Positions 1 through 54,254 of a stretch of 64,000 bases of DNA are shown in pieces (within the stretch, counting starts at the first letter, position 1; every line of letters begins with the position of its first letter). The notes under the pieces are model-generated. The model saw nothing but the letters and a program-made list of their open reading frames with translations, did not search any database and was not told where the DNA came from. Origin of the DNA: Paraspadella gotoi (Eukaryota > Animalia > Chaetognatha); the NCBI GenBank assembly GCA_051294375.1, contig CM119267.1:7261205-7325204 (forward strand). Reading direction: 5' to 3'. The translations under genes and the position numbers were made by a program.

Positions 1-304
1 AACGATCATAAAAAAAAGAATCATATAGTCAGAACCAGCTTTTTATCCCCCCCTGGTCACTTGGTCCCCTTAAGGCACTGCTTAGTAAGCAGTTATTTTG
101 GTATAGTTTTTTTACATAGGTAGGACTTCCGTTTTCGGTCCGTTTTTTTTCTTTTCAGATGAAGAATTCTTCAGAGAATTTTGAAAAAAGGTTCCGAGTC
201 ATTTTTTGCTCAATCAAACGTAATGCATGACGGTATTTACTTCTTTCTCGCTCAGTTCTTCCCGCTGACGATATTAACAAAAAACGCCTACATTGATTAC
301 TTAG

Positions 305-1284
305 TAGAGCGTTGAAAAATAACAAAATATAACAAATCAAGTGAGGTACAATAGCTATTTTAGTGTAATGAAGTCTGTAAAATTCGATGGTGATGACCTT
401 TTTTGTATAATTTTATCTTTCTTGTCGAAATGGCGGTTTTTAATGTTTATAAAATTGTTATAAAATAGCAAAACCATTATAAGTTATGATAAATCAAATT
501 ATTAAAATTTTAAAAATTTATATGAGCTTTTGAAATATAAAAATAAAGACTTATAAAAATATTTTGGTAAGTTTATTTTTAAATTTATGTTTATAAAAAG
601 TTAGTTAACTATATTTTAATAATTATGAGTAAAAATTGGGCTAAAGTTAAAAATAAATAATTTCAAAATTTTTTCATGGATTTGCATTCTTTGGAAAAAA
701 GTTGATATAAGAAAATATAATTTTTATATCAAAATTATGTCATTAAGTTGGTCAAAATTCCAGAAAAACTATAATTTTAAGCCAAAAATTGAAAAATTAA
801 CAAAAATAATAGTTTTTAATATTTTTAACCTACTTAATGAAAGATTTTTTTAAAATCGATTATACTTTCTTATACTAACTTTTTGTAAGGAATTCAAATC
901 GGTTTTAAAATTTTAAAATTTTATTTTTTCACTTTAGCTTATTTTTTATTATTATTTATTAATAAATATAGCTAACAAAACTATTAATAAAATATAAAAT
1001 TTGTAAATAAACTTACCAAAATATTTATATGGGTCTTTATTTTCATATTATGTAAGTTAAATATGGCTTTTATAAAATCTTAATAATTTGAGTTTCTTAT
1101 ACTCTACAATGTTTGCTCCATTTTAATAGCACCTTATATGCTGCAAAAATCGCCATTTCCGACAAGGAAGATGAGACTATACCAAAAAAATGGTTATCAT
1201 CATCGAATTCTACATACTTTATTACACTAAAATAGCTATGTACCTCACTTGATTTGTTATATTTCGTTATTTTTCAACGCCCTA
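305..1284. mobile_element. Palindromic (fold-back) non-autonomous DNA transposon / MITE, hAT-like
   Basis: The left end TAGAGCGTTGAAAAATAAC-AAATATAACAAATCAAGTGAGGTAC matches the reverse complement of the right end (TAGGGCGTTGAAAAATAAC-AAATATAAC...). Imperfect inverted symmetry continues across the ~980 bp. A perfect 8-bp direct repeat TTACTTAG lies at 297-304 and 1285-1292; 8-bp TSDs and TAG(A/G)G termini are typical of hAT elements. Confidence 0.85.
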
Positions 1285-1717
1285 TTACTTAGTCTACATC
1301 CGTTTTTGACATAAATTTGGGCCTCATTTCATATTAATCGGAATTAAGTATTTTCTTTTTAGATTGAAAGATTTATCATTATGTTAGACGTTACGGTTTG
1401 GGATTAGTTGGGACGGGTGAGGATTAGAGTTGAGCATTAGGTTATTAATTATGGTTAGAGACTAGAGTTTCAGATTAGGCATTATAGTTAAAGATGAGAA
1501 ATTACAATTAAAGATTAGGTGAGGGTGATCACGATCGGGATTAAAGATTAGGTAACGGAATTAGGGTCAAATTTTACGGTTAAAATTAATTTAAGGGCGC
1601 TTTTGGAATAGAGTAGCCAAAGTTTTGCGATACAAGAAAAAAGAAAACTGAGATTTTCATTTACCATATTTGTGATCGAAATTCGATTTGCATTTAAACA
1701 AGATTTTCGTCGGATAG

Positions 1718-4353
<2,636 letters not shown>

Positions 4354-6384
4354 TCGTAAAAATTGCATTTTTTTATTTTCTTTCGATGTCTTTTTGTTTT
4401 TTATTTATTGCGGGTTTCCCGCCTAAAACCCTCGGCAGTCGACAGCCTCAGACTGGCTCAACTGATGAGATTTCAATGCCCAGAATTCAGGCTTGGTCGC
4501 TATGGTATCTTCGCTTCGGGGACAGAAGAAGGACAGGCTATAGGACCCTCTCCGCTTGTCCGCCCTCACCCTTTTTGGCTTCTCTTTGCCATTAAATGTG
4601 GAGATGCCATCTTTATATCGATCCTTTTTTTGCCACTTTTTCATTTTTTTGTTAGGCATGTAGTATAATGTAGGTCCATAATGAAGTTTACTTCATCGAG
4701 TTTTTCTATGACAAAAAAATGGCAAAGCCTAGTTGTATTACTCAGATTATGATATTACTTCAATTGCAAGTCGCATGATCTAAGTAATATTTTGTGCATT
4801 AGTGATCTTGCTTACTCACTAATGTTTAATCTTAGCTATGTCCAAATTGTTTATTTGAAAAAAATTCATCGTTGTATATGATATGTATATGTTTGTATAA
4901 GGATGTGAGACGACGTTGTTTCTTAAGAAGACGAAACGACGACAACGACAGTGATGATGAGAGCGTGATATGATGATGACAAAAACCAATTGTGACACTA
5001 TGAAGAACAATAATAATCATTAAGTTAAGTGCTAATTGATGACTAAATATCAACGACGTCGACGACGACGACGAACGACGACGACACGACGACGACGTTG
5101 ATGGCATCGACTTTACGCCATTTGACGCTGATCTCGATTCTCTAACTCTTGTCTATCTATTTCTCTCTTGACATTGCAAATCCTCGAAAAACGGGGGAAA
5201 AAAAGCGATGGTCCGTGATATTTTGGGGACACCAAAGAAGACTTGTTGTGCAGATTCATATATAAATTATATATTCTTTAATACGAATGAGCGTATTAAA
5301 TAAATAGTTAAATTTAGTTTCAACGATTGTGGGTTTTAAGTCTTCGTCGCCGATCTCACGGCGCCCAGCGAGACGAAGTCGGCGTCGAAAAAAAAAAAAG
5401 GCGCAGACCAAAACACGCCGACCTTTCGCCGAATCGATCCTTTTCCACCCTCCGCGTAAAATAAATCGAGGGCGACCACCTCAGCTCCAACCACCATTTC
5501 TCCCCACCAACCATTTCTCTCGGTTCTCTTGGCCACCATGTCATCTATTATTATATCATAGTATTATTATTAGTATTATCAGTATTAATTCTAGAAAGAA
5601 AATTAAATTTTCTATTGGAATTCTTTAAGAATTATTTTGCACCATCGTTCCTCATTTGGATTTATTCTTAAAGTTTTGTTATACAAAAAGTAAACCAAAA
5701 GTTTTTTCTCTCGCTCTCCCTCATAAAAACGAATGCCACCTTGTACAATTCGCCAATTCGATCCATTTGCTTTTCTGATTTTAACAAATCGATTCATCTA
5801 TTTTCTCGGCCATTTTGATATCGAACCCATCGCCTACCGAATTTTGAAAGAGGGTCTAGGCTCGACCTTTGATAAGTTTGGTTCGAGAAAAGGTCAGGAG
5901 GGGACCGAGCGAGCGAGTTGGCGTCGTTCGAAAAAAAAAAATGTGTCGAGAAGTGAAGCAATTCTCAAAATCCCAAAACCAACGCGAGTTTTTTTGAGAT
6001 ATTTTTATCACGAAAAGAGACATCTAGAGATGAAAAATCGAATTACTACCTTCGAGCCACTTTTTTTTAGTTCATTCTCATTGTTTGATTGGTTTTGGTT
6101 TGTTTTTTTTTTCATTTTATATGTTTGTTTGTTTATTTAATTATTTTTTTTCTTTCTTTTTTTTTTTAATCATTTTTCCTGTTTCGCTTTAATTTTCTTC
6201 ATATTTTTATCTTCTCAATCTATCTCGTCTTGATTTTTTTCCTTCCGGTAAAAAAAACTAAGACGCACAGAAATATTTTTTTTCCTCATATTTTATTCTT
6301 TCGACTGAAAAAGGATTAAAGTTTGCGACAGAGAAAGAAAAGAATCTCTCTCTCTCTCTGCCTCTCTATGTTTCTCTCACTTTC

Positions 6385-6419
<35 letters not shown>

Positions 6420-6431
6420 TTCTCATCTTCA

Positions 6432-6462
<31 letters not shown>

Positions 6463-9400
6463 CTCTCCCTCCCTCCTCTCTCTCTCTCTTCTCTCTCTCA
6501 TTTTGCCTCGTTTATCTTTACAGGAAACGTAGGAGTCGTTTTATTTTTAACTTCATATCATTTTTTTGTTCTTCTTATCCCTGGCTTCGGGGTTTTTTTT
6601 CTTGTTATGAACAGAGAATTAAAATTTTCTTATCTCGAGACAGACAAACGACTTTCGCCTTGGTTTCTTTTCTTCTCTCTTTGTTTGTTGATCTTTTGTT
6701 GGTTTTTGTTTTTAGTGTTTTTTTTTTTGTGTATTTTTTTTTAGTTTTGTTTCTATGTCGATAGAAATGAGTTTAGATTTATTAGTTAATTGTTACCGAA
6801 GTGTATTAGTTTATTTTTGTATTTTGGTAATTTTTAGCTTCGCTTGGCTAATATTTTAACGAGTTTTTAGTGTTAGACCAAGCATGCCAAGTGTAAATAT
6901 AAGCGATATACATATAATCAAACCAAGTTAAACTAGTTAATAAGCGAGAGGCCAAACAACCGTCGCAATTAATAATCGAGTCTTGGCACAAGAAACGGAA
7001 TCACCGATTCAACAATAGAATCAACAGACTAAAAACTCACATTCAAATCTCGCATTCACAGTCTCCATAAAAAAAAAGAACAACAAAAGAAAGAAAAACT
7101 GAGATCCGCGTCTAGAAACGGAAATTCAAAACAAACTTCTCATCCGAATAAAACCGCTTGGCCTGGAACGACTCGACGACGACGACGACGAACGACGACG
7201 ACGACGAGCGGACCGACGACGACGAACGACGACGACTGACTGACGACGACGACGACGACATCGCTTTCAACGGAGAAAAAGCANNNNNNNNNNNNNNNNN
7301 NNNNNNNNTAATTCGGAATTAAGTTATTTTCTTTTTAGATTGAAAGATTATCATTATGTTAGACGTTACGGTTTGGGATTAGTTTGGGGAACGGGTGAAG
7401 GATTAGAGTTGAGCATTAGGTTATTAATTATGGTTAGAGACTAGAGTTTCAGATTAGGCATTATAGTTAAAGATGAGAAATTACAATTAAAGATTAGGTG
7501 AGGGTGATCACGATCGGGATTAAAGATTAGGTAACGGATTAGGGTCAAATTTTACGGTTAAAATTAATTTAAGGGCGCTTTTGGAATAGAGTAGCCAAAG
7601 TTTTGCGATACAAGAAAAAAGAAAACTTGAGATTTTCATTTACCATATTTGGTGATCGAAATTCGATTTGCATTTAAAACAAGATTTTCGTCGGATAGAA
7701 GGACGACGAGCAATTCCTTTCGGGACTCACCGGGGGGGGCGNNNNNNNNNNNNNNNNNNNNNNNNNNNNNNNNNNNNNNNNNNNNNNNNNNNNNNNNNNN
7801 NNNNNNNNNNNNNNNNNNNNNNNNNNNNNNNNNNNNNNNNNNNNNNNNNNNNNNNNNNNNNNNNNNNNNNNNNNNNNNNNNNNNNNNNNNNNNNNNNNNN
7901 NNNNNNNNNNNNNNNNNNNNNNNNNNNNNNNNNNNNNNNNNNNNNNNNNNNNNNNNNNNNNNNNNNNNNNNNNNNNNNNNNNNTTTTGAAGTTGATCTCT
8001 TCAACCAAAAAAAAAAAGCAAGTTCAAGGTAATTCCTTTCAGGCTGAGGTGAGTTCGTCTCGATCAAAAATGACGATGATGACGACGACAATAGAGACGA
8101 AAGAAAAAAATTACGAAAAAGACGACGAAACTTGACGAATGTCACTTGAGAAATAAGGAATAACGAGGAATAATGACGACGATTGCAAACAAATTCGACA
8201 ATTGTATTTGATTTTTTCATAAGAATGGTAGAACTGTGACTGAGATATTGATTACAATGATTAAATGAATTTCAAATGGTTCTTTATGAATGAATGAATA
8301 ATTGAATGAATGAATGAATGAATGAATGAATGAATGAATGAATGAATGAATGAATGAATAAATGAATGAAGCAATGAATGACTGAAAAAATTTATGAATG
8401 AATGAATGAATAAATAAATGAATGAATGAATGAATGAATGAATGAATGAATGAATGAATGAATGAAGGAATGAATAAATGAAGGAATGAATAAATGAATG
8501 AAGCAATGAATGACTGAAAGAATTTATGAATGAATGAATGAATGAATGAATGAATGAATNNNNNNNNNNNNNNNNNNNNNNNNNNNNNNNNNNNNNNNNN
8601 NNNNNNNNNNNNNNNNNNNNNNNNNNNNNNNNNNNNNNNNNNNNNNNNNNNNNNNNNNNNNNNNNNNNNNNNNNNNNNNNNNNNNNNNNNNNNNNNNNNN
8701 NNNNNNNNNNNNNNNNNNNNNNNNNNNNNNNNNNNNNNNNNNNNNNNNNNNNNNNNNNNNNNNNNNNNNNNNNNNNNNNNNNNNNNNNNNNNNNNNNNNN
8801 NNNNNNNNNNNNNNNNNNNNNNNNNNNNNNNNNNNNNNNNNNNNNNNNNNNNNNNNNNNNNNNNNNNNNNNNNNNNNNNNNNNNNNNNNNNNNNNNNNNN
8901 NNNNNNNNNNNNNNNNNNNNNNNNNNNNNNNNNNNNNNNNNNNNNNNNNNNNNNNNNNNNNNNNNNNNNNNNNNNNNNNNNNNNNNNNNNNNNNNNNNNN
9001 NNNNNNNNNNNNNNNNNNNNNNNNNNNNNNNNNNNNNNNNNNNNNNNNNNNNNNNNNNNNNNNNNNNNNNNNNNNNNNNNNNNNNNNNNNNNNNNNNNNN
9101 NNNNNNNNNNNNNNNNNNNNNNNNNNNNNNNNNNNNNNNNNNNNNNNNNNNNNNNNNNNNNNNNNNNNNNNNNNNNNNNNNNNNNNNNNNNNNNNNNNNN
9201 NNNNNNNNNNNNNNNNNNNNNNNNNNNNNNNNNNNNNNNNNNNNNNNNNNNNNNNNNNNNNNNNNNNNNNNNNNNNNNNNNNNNNNNNNNNNNNNNNNNN
9301 NNNNNNNNNNNNNNNNNNNNNNNNNNNNNNNNNNNNNNNNNNNNNNNNNNNNNNNNNNNNNNNNNNNNNNNNNNNNNNNNNNNNNNNNNNNNNNNNNNNN

Positions 9401-9974
9401 NNNNNNNNNNNNNNNNNNNNNNNNNNNNNNNNNNNNNNNNNNNNNNNNNNNNNNNNNNNNNNNNNNNNNNNNNNNNNNNNNNNNNNNNNNNNNNNNNNNN
9501 NNNNNNNNNNNNNNNNNNNNNNNNNNNNNNNNNNNNNNNNNNNNNNNNNNNNNTTACAAAGTTAAAAAACTTGAAAATAGATAAATATTTATTTCTCATG
9601 AGAATAATCTCATTCTAATATTTAATGATTAATCGAAAAATCGTCTTGAATTAACTTTTATTCTTCTTTATCGTCAGCCGTAGTTTTCACTCATTATCTT
9701 TTTATCTTTTTCCGTCTTTAGTTATAGTTTTGTTTGACGTTTATAAATGTACTGAATCAACCATGTTAAATTATAAATAAAACGCATATGAATTTGGTAC
9801 AACCTTTCTCCTGACAGGCTTTGGTGGTTTAAGTATTAAGGCGTCCATAAAATAATAAAACATATTTTTTTCTCAGTCGCAATATCTCTGCGAGCGTTTG
9901 AGTTGGCTTTTTCTCTCGCTATATGCAATTATGCATTGCCCTTCATTTTAGTTTTTTGCCAAACGTGCACGTAG

Positions 9975-10456
9975 CTCGCCTCGGCCCATTAATCGCTCGT
10001 AACGAGGCCGGCTCGCTGCCTCGAAGTAATTTTGTTTCGTTACTACTTCGGAGCAACAACTATGAAATCGAAGATATGCAGTTGAAAGTCAAATTAAGCT
10101 TCAAGTGATTCTCATTCACCGCTAACTGATTTTCATTGTCTGTTTTTATTACCTCGTGAATAAATCGCTGTCCTTATTGACAGAGAAATGAACCAATGCC
10201 AAAGCAACCAGCCATATGACATCACTTTCATCTCTCTCTCTCGAAATCATACTCTCCAATCTAAAACTCATCATCTCATACAGTCTCTCTCTCATCTCTA
10301 CTCTCCCTCATTCTCTCCTCTCATCCATCTCATCTACATCAAGCTCAATCTACTCTCTACTCCTTCTTCCTCTTCCTTCTTACCTTCCGATCCCTGATTT
10401 ATTGCAGTCCTTTCTTCTATCAACAAGACCATCCGACGCCCCACGAAACCACATAA
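9975..10456 (+). CDS. Tentative last two exons of an upstream gene, copy 2 (9975-10104, 10408-10456)
   Basis: tag|CT at 9975, GT at 10105 and ttgcag| at 10407 are phase-compatible and give ARLGPLIARNEAGSLPRSNFVSLLLRSNNYEIEDMQLKVKLSFNPFFYQQDHPTPHETT*. No family confidently recognised. Confidence 0.35.
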
Positions 10457-10972
10457 TCGTAAAAATTGCATTTTTTATTTTCTTTTCGATGTCTTTTTGT
10501 TTTTTATTTATTGCGGGTTTCCCGCCTAAAACCCTCGGCAGTCGACAGCCTCAGACTGGCTCAACTGATGAGATTTCAATGCCCCAGAATTCAGGCTTGG
10601 TCGCTATGGTATCTTCGCTTCGGGGACAGAAGAAGGACAGGCTATATAGGACCCTCTCCGCTTGCCCCGCCCTCACCCTTTTTTTGGCTTCTCTTTGCCA
10701 TTAAATGTGGAGATGCCATCTTTATATCGGATCCTTTTTTTGCCACTTTTTCATTTCGTTATATGTATATTGTATTGTATTGTATATTGTATTGTATAAA
10801 AGGAAGTTGTTGAGACGACGTTGTTTCTTGAAGAAGACGAAAACGACGACAACGACAGTGATGATGATGAGCGTGATCATGATGATGACCAAAAACCCAA
10901 ATTGTGACACTATGAAGAACAATAATAATCAATTGAAGGTTAAGTGCTAATGATGACTAAATATCAACGACG

Positions 10973-11023
<51 letters not shown>

Positions 11024-12325
11024 TTGATGGCATCGACTTTACGCCCATTTGACGCTGATCTCGATTCTCTAACTCTTGTCTATCTATTTCTCTCTTGACA
11101 TTGCAAATCCTCGAAAAACGGGGGAAAAAAAGCGATGGTCCGTGATATTTTGGGGACACCAAAGGAAGACTTGTTGTGCAGATTCATATATAATTATATA
11201 TTCTTTAATACGAATGAGCGTATTAAATAAATAGTTAAATTTAGTTTCACGATTGTGGGTTTTAAGTCTTCGTCGCCGATCTCACCGGCGCCCACGAGAC
11301 GAAGTCGGCGTCGAAAAAAAAAAAGGCGCAGGACCAAAACAGCGCCGACCTTTCGCCCGAATCGATCCTTTTCCACCTCCGCGTCAAAATAAATCGAGGG
11401 CGACCACCTCAGCTCCAACCACCATTTCTCCCCACCAACCATTTTCTCTCGGTTCTCTTGGCCACCATGTCATTATTATTATTATCATAGTATTATTATT
11501 AGTATTATCAGTATTATTCTAGAAAGAAAATTAAATTTTCTATTGGAATTCTTTAAGAATTAATTTTGCACCATCTGTTCCTCATTTGGATTTATTCTTA
11601 AAGTTTTGTATATACAAAAGTAAACCAAAAGTTTTTTCTCTCGCTCTCCCCTCATAAAAACGAATGCCACCTTGTACAATTCGCCAATTCGATTCCATTT
11701 GCTTTTCTGATTTTAACAAATCGATTCATCTCATTTTCTCGGCCATTTTGATATCGAACCCATCCGCTACCGAATTTTGAAAGAGGGTCTAGGCTCGACC
11801 TTTGATAAGTTTGGTTCGAGAAAAGGTCAGGAGGGGACCGAGCGAGCGAGTTGGCGTCGTTCGAAAAAAAAAAATGTGTCGAGAAGTGAGCAATTCTCAA
11901 AATCCCAAAACCAACGCGAGTTTTTTTGAGATATTTTTATCACGAAAAGAGACATCTAGAGATGAAAAATCGAATTACTACCTTCGAGCCACTTTTTTTT
12001 AGTTCATTTCTCATGTTTGATTGGTTTTTTGGTTTGTTTTTTTTTTCATTTTTATATGTTTGTTTGGTTTTATTTTAATTATTTTTTTCTTTCTTTTTTT
12101 TTTTAATCATTTTTCCCTGTTTCGCTTTAATTTTCTCTCATATTTTTTTATCTTCTCAATTCTATCTCGTCTTGATTTTTTTCCTTCCGGTAAAAAAAAC
12201 TAAGACGCACAGAAATATTTTTTTTCCTCATATTTTTATTCTTTCGACTGAAAAGGATTAAAGTTTGCGACAGAGAAAGAAAACGAATCTCTCTCTCTCT
12301 CTGCCTCTCTATGTTTCTCTCACTT

Positions 12326-12360
<35 letters not shown>

Positions 12361-13215
12361 CTTCCTCTCTCCTCTCTCGTCTCACATTCTCTTCTCTTCT
12401 CGTCTCTCATCAATCACTCTTCTCCATCATCTCAATCACTCACATCGTCTCATCTTCTTATCTCTCAACAATCACCTCCTCACCCTCTCTCTCCTCTCTC
12501 TCTCTCTCTCATTTTGCCTCGTTTATCTTTACAGGAAACGTAGGAGTCGTTTTATTTTTTAACTTCATATCATTTTTTGTTCTTCTTATCCCTGGCTTCG
12601 GGGTTTTTTTTCTTGTTATGACAGAGAATTAAAATTTTCTTATCTCGAGACAGACAAACGACTTTCGCCTTTGGTTTCTTTTCTTCTCTCTTTGTTTGTT
12701 GATCTTTTGTTGGTTTTTGTTTTTAGTGTTTTTTTTTTGTGTATTTTTTTTTTAGTTTTGTTTCTATGTCGATAGAATGAGTTTAGATTTATTAGTTAAT
12801 TGTTACCGAAGTGTATTAGTTTATTTTTGTATTTTGGTAATTTTTAGCTTCGCTTGGCTAATATTTTAACGAGTTTTTAGTGTTAGACCAAGCATGCATG
12901 TAAAATAAGCGATATAACATATAATCAAACCAAGTTAAACTAGTTAATTAAGCGAGCAGGCCAACAACCGTCGCAATTTAATAATCGAGTCTTGGCACAA
13001 GAAACGGAATCACCGATTCAACAATAGAATCACAGACTAAAAACTCACATTCAAATCTCGCATTCACAGTCTCCATAAAAAAAAAAAAGAACAACAAAAG
13101 AAAGAAAAACTGAGATCCGCGTCTAGAAACGGAAATTCAAAACAAACTTCTCATCCGAATAAAACCGCTTTGGCCTGGAACGACCTCGACGACGACGACG
13201 ACGACGACGACGACG

Positions 13216-13251
<36 letters not shown>

Positions 13252-13396
13252 TGACGACGACGACGACGACGATCGCTTTCAACGGAGAAAAAACAATAAT
13301 GACAAAAGCATAAGCAGAAAAGACAACTCGAGGGATATTCTTATGGGTTTTCCCCATGAGTTTTCTCTCAAATGACAGAAGCAGGGGAAGGAGAGG

Positions 13397-13460
<64 letters not shown>

Positions 13461-13603
13461 TCAAAGCTCATTGCGTTTTTCCCAACGACGTCTATTTGCA
13501 TTAAGCATCCAACCGTCCAACTGTTGTTAGCTGTTGGTGAATTGAGTTGGCTGGTTGCACCTGGAGACCGTTTCTGAAATTTGTCTGCTGGCGGAGAGAT
13601 CAG

Positions 13604-51579
<37,976 letters not shown>

Positions 51580-52731
51580 GGACGAATCAATTAGTATTAA
51601 CGATTTCAAAGATTAATGAGAGAAAAAACAAAAAGAAAATGGGGGGGAAAGCGACTCCTCGTCGGGAGATTAAGGTGGAAACCAAAATCTGACGGAGCTG
51701 GTCTCAAAAATTAATGTCCCCAGAATTAGATGGGAGAAAACGAAGGGCGACACACAAATTCTCCGCTGAGAGAAGACACGAGTCGCTCATTCGGTTGAAA
51801 TTCTTCGGAAAACGAGGTTTTTGAAAGTTTTGTACAGATTCGTCGTCAGAATCAAAGCGAGTCAAGAAAAAAAGTAAAAGGTTGATGGCGGACGCTGCCC
51901 CAAAAAAGCGTTTATGTTACTAAAATGTTCACGATGTAATGAAAATATTTTCAAAGAATAGTTTTCTTATCTTTTGAAAAGCTTAATTTTTAAATGTTCC
52001 TTAAGTTTTAAGTTAAGGGGTTCATCAGTTCGAGATCTCGAATCTCTTTTGTAGTTATTTCTTCTCTTTTTTACATTTCGTACTTTTAAACTGGTTGTGG
52101 TTAATAGATTTTCTTTAATATGCAGATGAGATTAGCCCCGCTTTTACAACAAAAACAAGTTTCGGTGTTCGATATAAATTAAAATTTACGTTTCTGTCAT
52201 TTGTTTAGAATACAACATATTATTTTCTGATCCCTATACAAAACCCATAACATCTGGGCTTTGTTCCTTGAATTAGTGATCTTTTAAATTACAGCCTCCC
52301 TAATAAGTTTTTCTCTATCGTGGGATTGTCAATTTTGAATGGTAATATTTGCGACTCGAAAGTTTATAATTCTAAATGTTTTATATGTACATTGTACAAA
52401 AAGTATTTCTGGTTTTATTAAATATTACTCGATACAAATTTTTTTAATGCTAATAATCAATGGATTTCCTTCACTTTTTATTTTATAAATTATGTGCGAA
52501 ATATTTCTTGTGCTTAGCAAATAAATTTGTCGGAAAAGTTTTGTTTTTAACTTTAAGAATTTTAAAAGAATTACTTATCGTAGCTTGCTAGAGAGTGGAG
52601 TCTTTCTTTCAATATTATCCTTATTTATTAGCATAAGCAAAAAGATGATATCTCAAGTTAAATAGTTGACGTAACTTATATGCTAATCGATTAAATTTAA
52701 ATTAATTATTATCCGTTTTGATCCTTTGATG

Positions 52732-52916
52732 TTTAGAGGAAACAAAGTGTTTTTGAATTTGTTACAACGATTTATCAGCATGCTGATGAAGACTCGAACC
52801 CAAAGAGTCGAAACATGTCCCTTTATTAAAAATAAATCGTTGTAACAAATTCAAAAACACTTTGTTTCCTCTAAATAACAAATAACAACGAAAAAGAAAG
52901 GATTATCACATGTAAC
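52732..52916 (+). mobile_element. Short fold-back retroelement (Penelope-like pLTR remnant) carrying a hammerhead ribozyme core; 12-bp TSD
   Basis: Perfect 44-bp inverted arms at 52732-52775 and 52832-52875 enclose CTGATGA-a-GACTC-loop-GAGTC-GAAA-CATGTC. The direct repeat GATCCTTTGATG lies at 52720-52731 and 52917-52928. Confidence 0.75.
52783..52819 (+). ncRNA. Minimal type I hammerhead ribozyme core
   Basis: CUGAUGA (52783-89), 5-bp stem II GACUC/GAGUC, GAAA (52810-13), palindromic mini-stem III ACAUGU and GUC cleavage triplet (52817-19). Stem I pairing immediately next to the core is poor. Confidence 0.7.
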
Positions 52917-52993
52917 GATCCTTTGATGATAATAAATTTAAATTAATATCTGGAAGAAGGCTCTTATAGAAAGAGCAACAGAAACAAAAAACG

Positions 52994-52994
52994 A

Positions 52995-53070
<76 letters not shown>

Positions 53071-53171
53071 ACGTATTATGTACTATTAGAAAGAAAGAAA
53101 GAAAAGAGAAGAAAAGATTTCGATTTTAACTCTCTCTCTCTCTCTCTCTCTCCCGTCTCTCTCTCTCTCTT

Positions 53172-53220
<49 letters not shown>
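52994..53220. repeat. (GAAA)n and (CT)n microsatellites
   Basis: Directly visible. Many other (GA)n/(CT)n tracts occur across the window, e.g. 1808, 13400, 38484, 45183, 50679 and 54200. Confidence 0.95.
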
Positions 53221-53222
<2 letters not shown>

Positions 53223-53526
53223 TTGCAACCCGTGTCAAGATCTTAACTTTTAAAAGGTTTTTAAAAAAGAAGGAATCTTCGAACCAAGTATCGTCGTAAT
53301 TGTCGTCCAGTACGTCGTCAGCATCTTCGTAGAAGTTCCTCGCCGGTCTTCCTCGTCGACGTCGTCGTTCGTCGACGTCGTCGTCGCCCTCGCTGCCGCC
53401 GCTGCCGGTCCGTGAGCCTTTAAAAGGCCGGAGAACTCGATCCTTCTGTCCCTTCACGCCTTCACAATCAATTCAAGATCCACTCCTTTTCGTTCGTTTC
53501 ATCCGACAGAAAAAAAAAAATCGAAA

Positions 53527-54196
53527 ATGCTTCGAGTTTTATTCTTGGTCGGGATGATGTTCGCATCGGCCTTGGCTCAGTGCCAAAACGAAGTGATATC
53601 GGACCAGCAAGTGGAGGACGACGATTGCATGGTCAAGAATGACAACCGCAAGTAAATTCTTTCACACTTTCACGATACTTTGTGATTTATGGTGATAATG
53701 ATATATATATATAAATACATATAAAACTACGCTGGATCCGCTGAGCGGCTGAAGGGATGAAAGTTGGTTTTCTTTTTTATTTCCTTCATGATTCAACTGC
53801 CATAGGCCTATTAAGCAATAAGCATATCCGGCTAAAAAAATTAATTATTTCTTAGTACCATAATTCTTTTCTCTTTCTTAGTAAATTTTATGCGTATTGT
53901 AGACATTGAACGGTCGCCCTTAATGATTCATTGATTTTCTACAACTATTTTCCCAAAACGCTCCATTTCATCTTAAATTCGGATATAAATTAAATCGTTA
54001 TTAGATTAAGGTTAGACATTGTGTTATAAACGTTCTTTTTTGAGCTATATCTTAATTCTTAAAATGTATCTTTCAAACTTCAATTTTTCCTTTTTCACAT
54101 TTACTTAATTATTTATTGCTAGCTAATTGTTAATACTTAATAACTATTGAGTTTTTCATAATCTTTTTCTTTGTTGTACATAATGTATTGTTTACC

Positions 54197-54254
<58 letters not shown>

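Noticed and set aside
8217-9618. Long ORFs containing X runs (also at 14.2-14.8, 22.1-23.0, 24.9-25.6, 41.3-43.4 and 44.5-44.9 kb)
   Set aside because: They are open only because of N gaps.
9975-10456. Resemblance of NNYEIEDMQLKVKLSF to the end of an hnRNP L/PTB-type RRM
   Set aside because: The match is too short and upstream RNP motifs are not evident, so no name was assigned.
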